Part shown: piece by piece, positions 28,312-37,682 of the stretch
Numbering within the stretch: the stretch's first letter is position 1
Layout of the letters: each line of letters begins with the position of its first letter
The notes under the pieces: model-generated
What the model saw: only the letters and a program-made list of their open reading frames with translations
Databases searched by the model: none
What the model was told of the DNA's origin: nothing
Position numbers and translations under genes: made by a program
NCBI GenBank assembly: GCA_903847935.1
Contig: CAINEX010000095.1
Span: forward strand, 2,651-66,650
Source of the DNA: an uncultured Spartobacteria bacterium
Lineage (GTDB): Bacteria; Verrucomicrobiota; Verrucomicrobiia; Chthoniobacterales; UBA6821
Direction: 5' to 3'
DNA: 64,000 bases

Positions 28312-28393
28312 CCGCATAATCACGATCGGGGAAGATCGGGGAAAAGTCTATTAGTTGCGTTGCCTATCGTTTAGTGATGAACCCCTCCCTACC

Positions 28394-30064
28394 ATGAGCG
28401 ACTCCCATTCCCTACCACATCTCCAGCGCCAACGCTCCCTTATGATCGCTTGGGCCTCGCTGCTTCTCGCTGTCATTGTCTACTGCACGGGACTCGGGAG
28501 CGACCACCTTGCCACCAATGGTGATGAACTTCTCTATGCCCAGATCACACGCCTCACCGCGGAAACCGGACAACTGCTGCCACTCCAGTCAGTCGATGAA
28601 AAAGCGCGCAACACGAAACCTCCGCTGCTTTTTTGGCAGGGAATCATCTCGACGGGATGGGGATCGCATTGGTCCCTTGCTCGGCTTCGGACACCGAATG
28701 TACTCTACACCCTGCTGACGGCGGGACTCCTTGTGATGATTGGGATTTGTCGAACCCGCAATCCCGCTCTCGGCATCACGGCGGCGCTTTTTTTCCTCTG
28801 TTTCTTCAGCACCTACCGGTACGGACGGGTCTTCCTTACCAGCGCGCCGGAAACCTTCTGGCTCTTCGCACCCCTTGCCCTCTTACTGCTCCATCGGAAG
28901 CCTGAGTTTCCGGAGGGCATTCTCTGGCCCTGGCTCTGCGGCGGCATGATCGGCGTCGGACTGCTCTACAAGTCCTTTGCTCTGGTCCTGCCGGTGGTTC
29001 TCACGATGGCGCTTTGGCAACTCCGCGCACGAGGATGGCAGTCTCGCCCCTTCCTGAAAATGGATGCTTGGCGCCTGCTCATGACCGTTGCATCGGCATT
29101 GATTCTCTTCAGCCTCTGGTTCTGGCTTGATCCGAGCCCCTCCCTTGTCCTGAAAGACTTTGTCTGGAAAGAAAATGCAGGGAAGTTCAATACGGGTGGT
29201 GAGAGCTATTTGCTCAATTTTCTCTGGGGGCAGTCGAGCCTCTGGAGAATCGTCGTCGCCTACCCCTTGAACGCGGGACTCCTCGCCCTGCTCACCGGGG
29301 CGCTTTTCTGGGACGCCTGGAGAAGACGCCAACATCTCAGCCAGTTGGAAATCTTCCTCTGGATCTGGATGCTCGTTCTGGCCGCGTTCTTCTGCCTTCC
29401 CAACCAGCGCGACGAGCGCTATCTCCTTCCCGCCATGCCTGCGCTGGCTCTCCTGCTTGCAGTCCGCATCGCTCACCTTCCGCGCTGGGTTGCCGCCGTG
29501 ACCATCGCCGCTTCCGGGATCATCATGATCGGTCTTGTTGGACTAGGCTTTTTGCTTCAGCACTCCGCCGGCATCGGAGCACTCTACCCCGCCTGGGTGA
29601 TTGCGCCGATCGGCACCGGATTGGCCGTGGTGCTGATCGGCATGTTCAACAAAGATCTCACCCGTGCGCTCCTACCATCCTCGGTTCTGCTCGTTTACCT
29701 CGGCTATCTTGTCTTTGCCATGCCCCTCGATCACGGACCGGGCCTCTTCAGGGGCGAGGGAATTGAATCGGTGATCGGCTGCGAGGTCTCGGTTCCATCA
29801 AACTTCAACGCCCGCGAAGAAAGTTACGGATTCCTACTGCCCGGAGCCTCTGTAAAGCCCTACGAACACTGGAAAATGCCACCAACCGAGGCTCAGTTCG
29901 TAGTCGTCAGCCAGCCCCTGGATCAATCTGCCCCGTCGGGAATCATTCTCGGCAAAAGGCTCAACATGATCGACCGTTTCAATGCCTCCGAAACCCGTGA
30001 TATCCTGCATGGTAATATTACCCACCACCTCTTTCACTGGGACTGGCTTCTCCAAACGCGCTGA
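28394..30064 (+). CDS. glycosyltransferase family 39 (ArnT/PMT-like, lipid-linked sugar donor)
   Basis: Start set to the ATG at 28394 (MSDSHSLPHL); the track gives TTG 28355. Polytopic GT-C architecture with an early periplasmic-loop DE motif (NGDELLYAQ) and NTKPPLLFW. Confidence 0.72.
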   Translation: MSDSHSLPHLQRQRSLMIAWASLLLAVIVYCTGLGSDHLATNGDELLYAQITRLTAETGQLLPLQSVDEKARNTKPPLLFWQGIISTGWGSHWSLARLRTPNVLYTLLTAGLLVMIGICRTRNPALGITAALFFLCFFSTYRYGRVFLTSAPETFWLFAPLALLLLHRKPEFPEGILWPWLCGGMIGVGLLYKSFALVLPVVLTMALWQLRARGWQSRPFLKMDAWRLLMTVASALILFSLWFWLDPSPSLVLKDFVWKENAGKFNTGGESYLLNFLWGQSSLWRIVVAYPLNAGLLALLTGALFWDAWRRRQHLSQLEIFLWIWMLVLAAFFCLPNQRDERYLLPAMPALALLLAVRIAHLPRWVAAVTIAASGIIMIGLVGLGFLLQHSAGIGALYPAWVIAPIGTGLAVVLIGMFNKDLTRALLPSSVLLVYLGYLVFAMPLDHGPGLFRGEGIESVIGCEVSVPSNFNAREESYGFLLPGASVKPYEHWKMPPTEAQFVVVSQPLDQSAPSGIILGKRLNMIDRFNASETRDILHGNITHHLFHWDWLLQTR

Positions 30065-30076
30065 TCCAAAGAAAGG

Positions 30077-30679
30077 TTAGTGTTCCTTGCCCGTCCTGAA
30101 CTTCTGGACGAGTAAGGTGACTGAAAGTATCAGCGATACGCCTCCGTAGAAGGGATCGATCACCGCATCCCAGAAGTTATGGGATTCCTGCAACCGCAGG
30201 AGGAATCCCATGAAGGGCATGAGTAGGATCAAACCAAAGCGATTTCCCCGGAGGATGAGAATGATTGCCACCATGGCCATGACCAGTGGCATCCCCGGCT
30301 TCCAACCTAAGCTATAGGGATCCAAAGCGGTCAGCCCCAATGCCATCGGATAAAGAATCAGCGAAACAAGGGCTCCGAAGCTCCAAGCTGCTTGCCAGTC
30401 TCTTGGATAAAAAAGACGACCCCCGCCCACCCGTTGTCCAAGGGCCGTCAAGAGTAATCCCGTTAGGGTGAAGCTCGGGTTTGGCTCTAGGAGCATGAAC
30501 CATTGGAAGCCGGACCATCCATCGATCCGTATACGAAGGAGAAGAAAGGCCAGCAGAAGGGATCCGATGAGGCGTGTGCGAGAGAGATATGGATTCCTCC
30601 CAAGCAGTAGGAGTGCAAGCGCGCTCCACGGAGCAATCCCCCCGTAAAGGTGGTGGAGGTACTCGATAGTAATGATCAT
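30077..30679 (-). CDS. hypothetical polytopic membrane protein
   Basis: Trimmed to the ATG at 30679, which forms an ATGA overlap with the BNR gene stop (30676-30679). About 200 aa with 6 hydrophobic segments. No family recognised. Confidence 0.5.
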   Translation of the reverse strand: MIITIEYLHHLYGGIAPWSALALLLLGRNPYLSRTRLIGSLLLAFLLLRIRIDGWSGFQWFMLLEPNPSFTLTGLLLTALGQRVGGGRLFYPRDWQAAWSFGALVSLILYPMALGLTALDPYSLGWKPGMPLVMAMVAIILILRGNRFGLILLMPFMGFLLRLQESHNFWDAVIDPFYGGVSLILSVTLLVQKFRTGKEH

Positions 30680-31860
30680 TGTGGACGTTTCTCCATTCCA
30701 ACCACTTGTGCTGTGATCCAAGATTCGTTGATCGTCAGCATCTTAATATCATCACCATCATGGGTGTAGACCATGTGGATCAAGCCGTCGCTGGTGCGCA
30801 TTAGAAAGGGATAAGAGGAACAAGCATCGGGATCATGCTCCAGTTGGAAAATATTCTTCCAACTCGCTCCCGAATCGTTGCTGAAGGCCAAAGAAAGTTT
30901 TTCGCGGAGAATAACAGAGTCATTGTAGGCAATGATCAGATTGCCATCGGATAATCTGATCCCCGAGATCCCGGCATCGGGATTCGGCAGGCTCGTGGCG
31001 ATGGGGGCAGTCCAGGTGATGCCCCCGTCTTTCGTGCGGCTGATGAAGATTTTCTTGGCCTGCGTCCAGTCCCTGAGAAGGGCTACTGCACGCTCTTTAT
31101 CAAGCGGCACCAGAGAGGGTTGGAGGGTTGCACAGCCGCCGGCTATGCGGGATTTTTGAACAAGCGCCCCATCACCCGTCTCCTTCAGCCAGAGCAACTC
31201 CGGAAACTTCCCGATTAACTCCTGGTAAAGTGGAACGCACCAGGAGTCACCGGATGGAGCCGTCTCCGCGGTCACGGGTAAGAGGGGGAGGGGGCGATTG
31301 CGCACCAGTTCACTGAAGTTGCAGAGCGGGCTCAGTGTCAGGCGTTCAACTCGAGACCAGCTGACTCCACCATCCTTGGAGAGGCAGGTGTTGATCTGGG
31401 CACCGGACCAACGACCCATGGCAATCGTGACGAAGAGCAACCTCATCGAACCATTCCTATTGACGAGAAGGAGCGGATTGCCAAGACACCTTATCGGACG
31501 GCCCAGATCCCGCTCAATCTTTTCGGGAGTCATGATCGCCCGAGGAGGCGCCCAGCTGCCTTTATTGAGACTGGAATAGTAAACGCAGTTGTCGTGGCAG
31601 TACTCGTAGGGGCCGCCATACCAAAGCGCTCCAAGCTCACCACCCGCGAGTTCCACGAGAGAGCAGACATGGATGAAGGGCAAATTCTGATCCTTGTTGA
31701 TGATCTCCTCTTGAAAGAGGGGGATCGAGTCCTTGGAAGGTATCGGCAACGTCTTCACCTCGAACCCTTTGGCAATCGAGTCCCCGCACTCCTGTCGGAC
31801 GACCGCTCCTGCAAGGATCGCCATCACCACCACGAACATCCAACGGATCCAAAGTGGCAT
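30676..31860 (-). CDS. membrane-anchored BNR-repeat beta-propeller (sialidase-like fold)
   Basis: 394 aa with an N-terminal TM (WMFVVVMAILAGAVV). Three BNR/Asp-box motifs: SKDGGVSWS, TKDGGITWT and SNDSGASWK. No obvious FRIP motif. Confidence 0.75.
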   Translation of the reverse strand: MPLWIRWMFVVVMAILAGAVVRQECGDSIAKGFEVKTLPIPSKDSIPLFQEEIINKDQNLPFIHVCSLVELAGGELGALWYGGPYEYCHDNCVYYSSLNKGSWAPPRAIMTPEKIERDLGRPIRCLGNPLLLVNRNGSMRLLFVTIAMGRWSGAQINTCLSKDGGVSWSRVERLTLSPLCNFSELVRNRPLPLLPVTAETAPSGDSWCVPLYQELIGKFPELLWLKETGDGALVQKSRIAGGCATLQPSLVPLDKERAVALLRDWTQAKKIFISRTKDGGITWTAPIATSLPNPDAGISGIRLSDGNLIIAYNDSVILREKLSLAFSNDSGASWKNIFQLEHDPDACSSYPFLMRTSDGLIHMVYTHDGDDIKMLTINESWITAQVVGMEKRPQ

Positions 31861-31874
31861 CGTCTCCCGGTCTC

Positions 31875-32267
31875 CTAGAAGGTTTTCTCCACTTGTTGCT
31901 GATCCACCACCCTCACGAAATAACCATCACTGTGGAGTCGGGTCCTCCCATGGAAAACATAGGCGCCCCCCATTTCATCAGGACTGATGAGTGAGAGAAA
32001 TTTCCTGCTACCCTGATCACCGGCAGATTCATAGAGATAGTAGTCCTGATTCAGGCGGGTCTGAAAACCGATTTTGAATCCCTCCACAAATTCATTCCAC
32101 CGGTGGAGTTCCCTCAGCTCGTTATACTCACGTTCCAGATCCTTGAGCCTACTCATGATCTTGTTGGAGAGGCTATGATTTCGAGCCGTCTCGAACTTAA
32201 GGAGATCTGGAACCTCGATCTTGGGCCCGGCGATCTCCATCAGAAAACTCTGCTCATTGCGTCCCAT
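31875..32267 (-). CDS. hypothetical protein (130 aa)
   Basis: Ends 14 nt upstream of the BNR gene start on the same strand. Soluble, with a charged central helix (LKDLEREYNELRELHRWNEF). No family recognised. Confidence 0.45.
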   Translation of the reverse strand: MGRNEQSFLMEIAGPKIEVPDLLKFETARNHSLSNKIMSRLKDLEREYNELRELHRWNEFVEGFKIGFQTRLNQDYYLYESAGDQGSRKFLSLISPDEMGGAYVFHGRTRLHSDGYFVRVVDQQQVEKTF

Positions 32268-32350
32268 ATCACCCCTTTATCGCCACTCCTACCGATGATG
32301 ACAAGAGCAGGAAGATTGACTGAGGCATTCACAGAAGGAATGGTGACCTG

Positions 32351-32974
32351 ATGCACCTCCCCAGCTTCTCGCGTCGCACTTTCTTTGCTAGCCTTGCCTG
32401 TACGCTTAGTCTTGCTTCGGAAACCATCCCTCTTCTGAACGCATCTCCTGCGACTGGCGCATCGCTGACCAAGAACCCCGTCAGCGCGTTTCAGGAGGCC
32501 ATGGCCGCCACCGCTTCAGTCCATAGCCCTACTCGGGGGAGCGCTGCCGAGAAAGCCGCGATCAGCCGCTTTGAAAACTTCCTCGCCCATCTCGATGAGA
32601 AGACGGCACGGGAAGAGACCAGTAAAGTCTATGCTCCGGATGCTTTTCTGAACGACACCCTCAAGACACTTCACGGCTCGGCGGCAATCAGAGACTATTT
32701 CATCAAGACAGCGCAGGGGCTGGATAGCATGATCGTCACCTTCGACGACGTCGCGCCCTTGGGCAGAAACTACTACTTCCGATGGACCATGGAGACCCGC
32801 ATGAAGCACCTTGCCAAAGGAAAAACCGTTAGCACAATCGGCGTGACCCTCATCCGTTTTGATCGCGAAGGAAAGGTTATCCTCCACCAGGACTTCTGGG
32901 ACTCAGCTCAAGGCGTCTGGTATTACGTACCCTTGATCGGCCCCTCCATTCGCTGGATCCAATCACAACTTTAA
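32351..32974 (+). CDS. Tat-exported NTF2/SnoaL-like fold protein
   Basis: 207 aa. Twin-arginine signal FSRRTFFASLA. The mature part has an NTF2-like pattern (YAPDAFLNDTL...YFRWTMETR...IRFDREGKVILHQDFWD). Confidence 0.55.
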   Translation: MHLPSFSRRTFFASLACTLSLASETIPLLNASPATGASLTKNPVSAFQEAMAATASVHSPTRGSAAEKAAISRFENFLAHLDEKTAREETSKVYAPDAFLNDTLKTLHGSAAIRDYFIKTAQGLDSMIVTFDDVAPLGRNYYFRWTMETRMKHLAKGKTVSTIGVTLIRFDREGKVILHQDFWDSAQGVWYYVPLIGPSIRWIQSQL

Positions 32975-33027
32975 GTCGCCGAGGGCTTGCCGAACGCCGT
33001 TCTTCATGACAACTTCTTGGCTTAAAT

Positions 33028-33103
<76 letters not shown>

Positions 33104-33937
33104 TGAACTCATATTCATGGAGGTGGCAAGGATGAGCATTCCTGTTCGGCATGTTGCTTTTGCAAAGCCTTTCTCCAAAGCCCAGCCCTTGGCTGGAGTA
33201 ATCCGACCGACTCGCTCGGCTCACCCTGCAACTTGCAGGGATGTGGGCTCTATCCCACCCCTTTCCGAGACTCACGCATCGGGGCTTCTTGCTTCTTGGC
33301 GATCGTGTGGATGAGATCTATGCCCTTCTGGTGAAGATAAAACTCCCATAGTTTTGTAAACTGCAAATCGAGAGATTTTCTTAAGCCGGGTCAAAACCTT
33401 ACTTCGATTGCAAAGGGCTGTTTCGAAAATCTCCTTCAACGAATCGCTTGGGCCAAGTGTCGAAGATAGGAGAAGGAAGCGATCAGGTGATCCCCAACGG
33501 ATTCATGACAGGCTCCCTGCAACATCACCCTCTATGAAAAAAAGCACACCACAAGCGGATTGGCTGGCTGATTCGGTGTTTGGACATCAGGCGTTCTTGA
33601 CGCTCCATTCCGGACCGCCCGAACCGATTTCCGGATCAGTGGACGATTGTCCATCCACTATAGATCGCCTTGCCGAGTTCTGTGATGAGCCAAAGTGGTC
33701 GGCAAGCATCACCGCTGGGGCCAAAGATCACCCTCTCAACATGGAGGCCTACGAGGAATAACGGCAGCACCCAAACGGAATATTGGCACAGCACGTGCTG
33801 TAGAAAAAAGAGAACGGTGGACAACCCCACTGTCAACTCCATGAAAATAGACTCCCTTGAAGTAATGGTCGTGATTACATTAGTTCTTACTAATCTGATG
33901 TACATGGCCTTGGCTTTGTTTGAACAGAGCCCCTGAT

Positions 33938-35161
33938 TTACTGAGATTTACCCCATTCCTTAGAGCGTTGGCTCTTTCTGGATGAGTCATTAATAATCTT
34001 GGTTTTTATAATGAGGTTTTGTCGATACTCCCTCGGACTAACACCTGTCCATCTGCGGAAGGCCGCCGAGAAGAGGGATGGCTCGGGGTATCCGCAAGAT
34101 CGTCCGATCAAGCTGATTTTAAGAGAGCTTTCTCGGAGCATTTTTTCCGCATTTTCACGGCGCATGGTTTGCAGATAAGTGCCGGGAGAGCATCCCGTGG
34201 AGGTCCTCATCGCGATCTCGAAGGCCCGCCGGGACATTCCTGCAATCCCTGCAAGCTCGCCTGAGCTTACTGGCGACTCAGGATGACTGCGCAGATAAGC
34301 GAGCACCCGATCAACGCCGGAGGAGTATCTCATACTGCTCTCGCGTTCATGGAGGATTGGGATGATCTCGAGACATGGACTCCTAGCCTCGGACTTATTT
34401 TCAAGAAGATTCGCCAGCGCAAGTCCTGCCTGCCTCCCCATCTCAGCCATCGGGATTTCGAAACTTGAAATGGCCATCCCAGCATAAAGTGATGCGATAC
34501 GAGAATTGCCAACACCTATAACAGCAAGTTGCCTCGGAACTGCGAACCCCAATGATGATGCCGCCCGTATTGCTCTTTGGGCCAAATGGTCCGTGGCGCA
34601 CAGAAGTCCAGTCGGTTTATCAAGCGAACAGATGAAATCTTTTAGCAAATTGCCAGTGATGGCGGGGCACTTGACCACGTCATGACCTGACTCCGCGCAG
34701 GCGACGACAAAGGTCTCCCCAAGACGAAGGGATCCGGGCGGCCCGTTGGGGCCGATATAGGCGAGTGATTTTACCCCACTCGAGAGAAACACCTGCGCAG
34801 CCTGGGCACCCATCCTGCCATAGTCGGGTGTAATCGAGGCCACCTTGCTCCTTCCCCTCTCGCCGAGGCAAACGACCCTCACCTTATGCTGAAGCAGGAT
34901 CTCCACCCATCGGTTTCCCATAAACTCTGCTATTGTACCGGCCAGAACCCCTCGTTCGGCAAGATCTTGAAGTACGGGTTCGTATCCACCACTCAGGACA
35001 ATCAATTCATACTCTCCACGTTCTACAAAAAAATCCCGCACACTCTGGACAAGGGTCATCTCAGACTCTCCCAGCAGGGGGAGAGCAACAGCGATCAAGT
35101 TTCGTGGATTAGTTCCGCTACCCTTCAACGATGAGCTTTTATTGCTACGAACATTGCGCAT
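33938..35161 (-). CDS. XylR-like transcriptional regulator (periplasmic-binding-protein-like sensor + AraC-type HTH)
   Basis: 407 aa. The N-terminal two-thirds is LacI/PBP type-1-like (IAVALPLL..., VIGVGNS). The C-terminal AraC HTH has SRRAFEIAMR...GCSPGTYL and FSAAFRRWTGVSPREYR. Confidence 0.8.
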   Translation of the reverse strand: MRNVRSNKSSSLKGSGTNPRNLIAVALPLLGESEMTLVQSVRDFFVERGEYELIVLSGGYEPVLQDLAERGVLAGTIAEFMGNRWVEILLQHKVRVVCLGERGRSKVASITPDYGRMGAQAAQVFLSSGVKSLAYIGPNGPPGSLRLGETFVVACAESGHDVVKCPAITGNLLKDFICSLDKPTGLLCATDHLAQRAIRAASSLGFAVPRQLAVIGVGNSRIASLYAGMAISSFEIPMAEMGRQAGLALANLLENKSEARSPCLEIIPILHERESSMRYSSGVDRVLAYLRSHPESPVSSGELAGIAGMSRRAFEIAMRTSTGCSPGTYLQTMRRENAEKMLRESSLKISLIGRSCGYPEPSLFSAAFRRWTGVSPREYRQNLIIKTKIINDSSRKSQRSKEWGKSQ

Positions 35162-35225
35162 ATCCGCAATTAATATTTGCGCTTTTACGCAATGACAAGA
35201 CTTTGGATTTTGTTATGTTGATTGC

Positions 35226-36266
35226 ATGAAAAAAGCACTCATCACAGGCATCACGGGCCAAGATGGCTCCTACTTGGCGGAACTGCTTCTGGGGAAAGGG
35301 TATGAAGTCCACGGTATCATCCGCCGTGCTTCCACCTTCAACACCCACCGCATTGATCATCTCTACAATGATCCCCACGTGCACGGGACAAGGCTCTTTC
35401 TCCACTACGGAGATCTCGCCGACTCCTCCCAGATGACCCGCCTTCTCTACGACCTCCGACCCGACGAAATTTATAATCTGGGTGCCCAAAGTCACGTGCG
35501 TGTCTCCTTCGATGTGCCGGAATACACTGGTGATGTCACCGGTCTGAGCACGGTGCGCCTTCTGGAAGCAGTGCGTGAGGCTGGCCTGACACAGGATGTG
35601 CGATTCTACCAAGCCTCCTCCTCCGAGATGTTCGGCAAGGTGCATGAAGTTCCCCAAAGGGAGACGACCCCGTTCCATCCACGCTCACCCTACGGATGCG
35701 CCAAAGTCTTCGCCTACTGGCTAACGGTCAACTACCGCGAGGCCTACAATCTGCATGCCTCCAACGGCATTCTATTCAACCACGAGAGTCCTCGGCGCGG
35801 AGAGACCTTCGTCACCCGCAAGATCACCCGAGCCGCCACGCGCATCAAGATGGGCCTCCAGAACGAACTCTACCTTGGCAACCTCGACGCCCAGCGCGAC
35901 TGGGGTTACGCCAAAGAGTATGTCGAGGTCATGTGGCTCATGCTCCAGCAGGAGAAAGCTGACGATTACGTCTGCGCAACCGGGGAGACTCACACGATCC
36001 GGGCTTTCTGCGAGGAGTGCTTCGGCCTGTTGGATCTCGACTGGAAGAAATACGTGAAATACGACCAGCGCTATGAGCGCCCGAGCGAGGTCGAGCTTCT
36101 CATCGGAGATCCCGCTAAGCTGAAAAAACAGATTGGCTGGGAGCCAAAGGTGAAGTTCAAGGAACTCATCCGCATCATGACCGAAGCAGATCTTGAATTA
36201 GCTCGGCGCGAATTAGCCTATCAGAACGTTGGCGGTGGTTCCGAGAACGCCATCACCCCTCCCTGA
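35226..36266 (+). CDS. gmd: GDP-mannose 4,6-dehydratase
   Basis: 346 aa. [40 protein letters not shown] and [17 protein letters not shown] are near-invariant Gmd blocks. Confidence 0.96.
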   Translation: MKKALITGITGQDGSYLAELLLGKGYEVHGIIRRASTFNTHRIDHLYNDPHVHGTRLFLHYGDLADSSQMTRLLYDLRPDEIYNLGAQSHVRVSFDVPEYTGDVTGLSTVRLLEAVREAGLTQDVRFYQASSSEMFGKVHEVPQRETTPFHPRSPYGCAKVFAYWLTVNYREAYNLHASNGILFNHESPRRGETFVTRKITRAATRIKMGLQNELYLGNLDAQRDWGYAKEYVEVMWLMLQQEKADDYVCATGETHTIRAFCEECFGLLDLDWKKYVKYDQRYERPSEVELLIGDPAKLKKQIGWEPKVKFKELIRIMTEADLELARRELAYQNVGGGSENAITPP

Positions 36267-36305
36267 TTCCCTTGCCCTGGAGTCACCAGTCTGATCCGAG
36301 CATTC

Positions 36306-37256
36306 ATGGACAAATCTTCCAGGATTCATATCGCCGGACATGGAGGCATGGTCGGCTCCGCCATCATCCGTTCCCTTCGTGCACGGGGATTCGATCATCT
36401 CCTCCTGCGCACGCGCAAGGAACTGGATCTCCGCGATGCGGTGGCCGTCCGAGAATTTTATGCTCGCGAAAATCCAGATGTTGTCATCGTCGCCGCCGCC
36501 CGAGTGGGCGGGATCCACGCGAACAGCACTTATCCGGCCGAATTCATCCATGAGAATCTGGCTATTGCCCATAATACGATCCACGAGGCTTGGCGGCATC
36601 GGGTGAAGCGTCTTCTCTTCCTGGGCAGTTCCTGCATCTATCCGCGGGAAGCACCACAACCGATGACCGAGGAGTGCCTGCTGACCTCCCCCTTGGAGAA
36701 GACCAACGAGGCATACGCCATCGCCAAGATCACGGGGCTGAAGCTTTGTCAGTTTTACCGTGAGCAGTATGGCGCTCTCTTTCACTCCGCAATGCCGACC
36801 AATCTCTACGGCCCCGGCGACAACTATCACCCGGAGAACTCACACGTTCTCCCTGCACTGATTCGTCGCTTCCATGAAGCGGTACAGAGCAATGCCCCGA
36901 CTGTTACTCTCTGGGGCACGGGCATCGCCCGGCGTGAGTTTCTTCACTCCGATGATCTGGCAGAGGGTCTCTTAACCGTACTTGGCCTCGAGAATCCCCC
37001 TGACTGGATAAACATTGGTTACGGCAGTGATGTCTCCATCAAGGAAGTTGCCGAACTGATCGCCAAGATCACCGGCTTCCGAGGGGAACTCCTCTGGGAT
37101 AGCTCGAAACCCGATGGTACGCTCCGGAAGCTCATGGATAGCTCCAAGCTTCTATCAACGGGCTGGAAGCCAAAATATGATCTGGAGACAGGTCTTCGAC
37201 TCGCTTACGAGGACTTTAAGACGCTCCAGTCGGCAGGAACGCTGCGTCAGCTTTAA
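36306..37256 (+). CDS. fcl: GDP-L-fucose synthase (GDP-4-keto-6-deoxymannose 3,5-epimerase/4-reductase)
   Basis: 316 aa. [28 protein letters not shown] and [11 protein letters not shown]. Immediately downstream of gmd. Confidence 0.94.
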   Translation: MDKSSRIHIAGHGGMVGSAIIRSLRARGFDHLLLRTRKELDLRDAVAVREFYARENPDVVIVAAARVGGIHANSTYPAEFIHENLAIAHNTIHEAWRHRVKRLLFLGSSCIYPREAPQPMTEECLLTSPLEKTNEAYAIAKITGLKLCQFYREQYGALFHSAMPTNLYGPGDNYHPENSHVLPALIRRFHEAVQSNAPTVTLWGTGIARREFLHSDDLAEGLLTVLGLENPPDWINIGYGSDVSIKEVAELIAKITGFRGELLWDSSKPDGTLRKLMDSSKLLSTGWKPKYDLETGLRLAYEDFKTLQSAGTLRQL

Positions 37257-37682
37257 AGCGTTGCAAACACCTCAATCAAGTAGTGCTCCAATAGGTTCTC
37301 AAGGCCCTCTTTGAGAGGAAATCAGCCCTGCTTAAGGGAGTCATAAAATAAGGATTCTGATTAGGGGTAGGATCTTGATCCCTCGTGGGATGGAGCGATG
37401 TTTGTCTTACCACCATGAGCACCACATCGCACAAATCACGCACACGCATCCTTTCCGAAGCCGCCATGAAGAAGAGGGTTCATACCTCTCGGGAAGATCG
37501 GGATCTGACGGTTGACGGTTTGGACAAGCACCACCATGAGGCGAATGCCGTGAAGGCGCTTCAAAAAGCCGTCACGGTGAAAAGAAAAACCATAGCCCAT
37601 ACAACCAGCCAAATGACTCAAAACCGCTCCGCACATCAGGTCTCCTAATCCGAGAGGGTGGACGCAGGGAGCGCTTGGCCCT

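Noticed and set aside
33104-33937. An att-type direct repeat of the tRNA-Thr 3' end, which would delimit an integrated element.
   Set aside because: Only a 6-nt AGCCGG match was found downstream, and no integrase or recombinase ORF is present. There is no basis for calling a mobile element.
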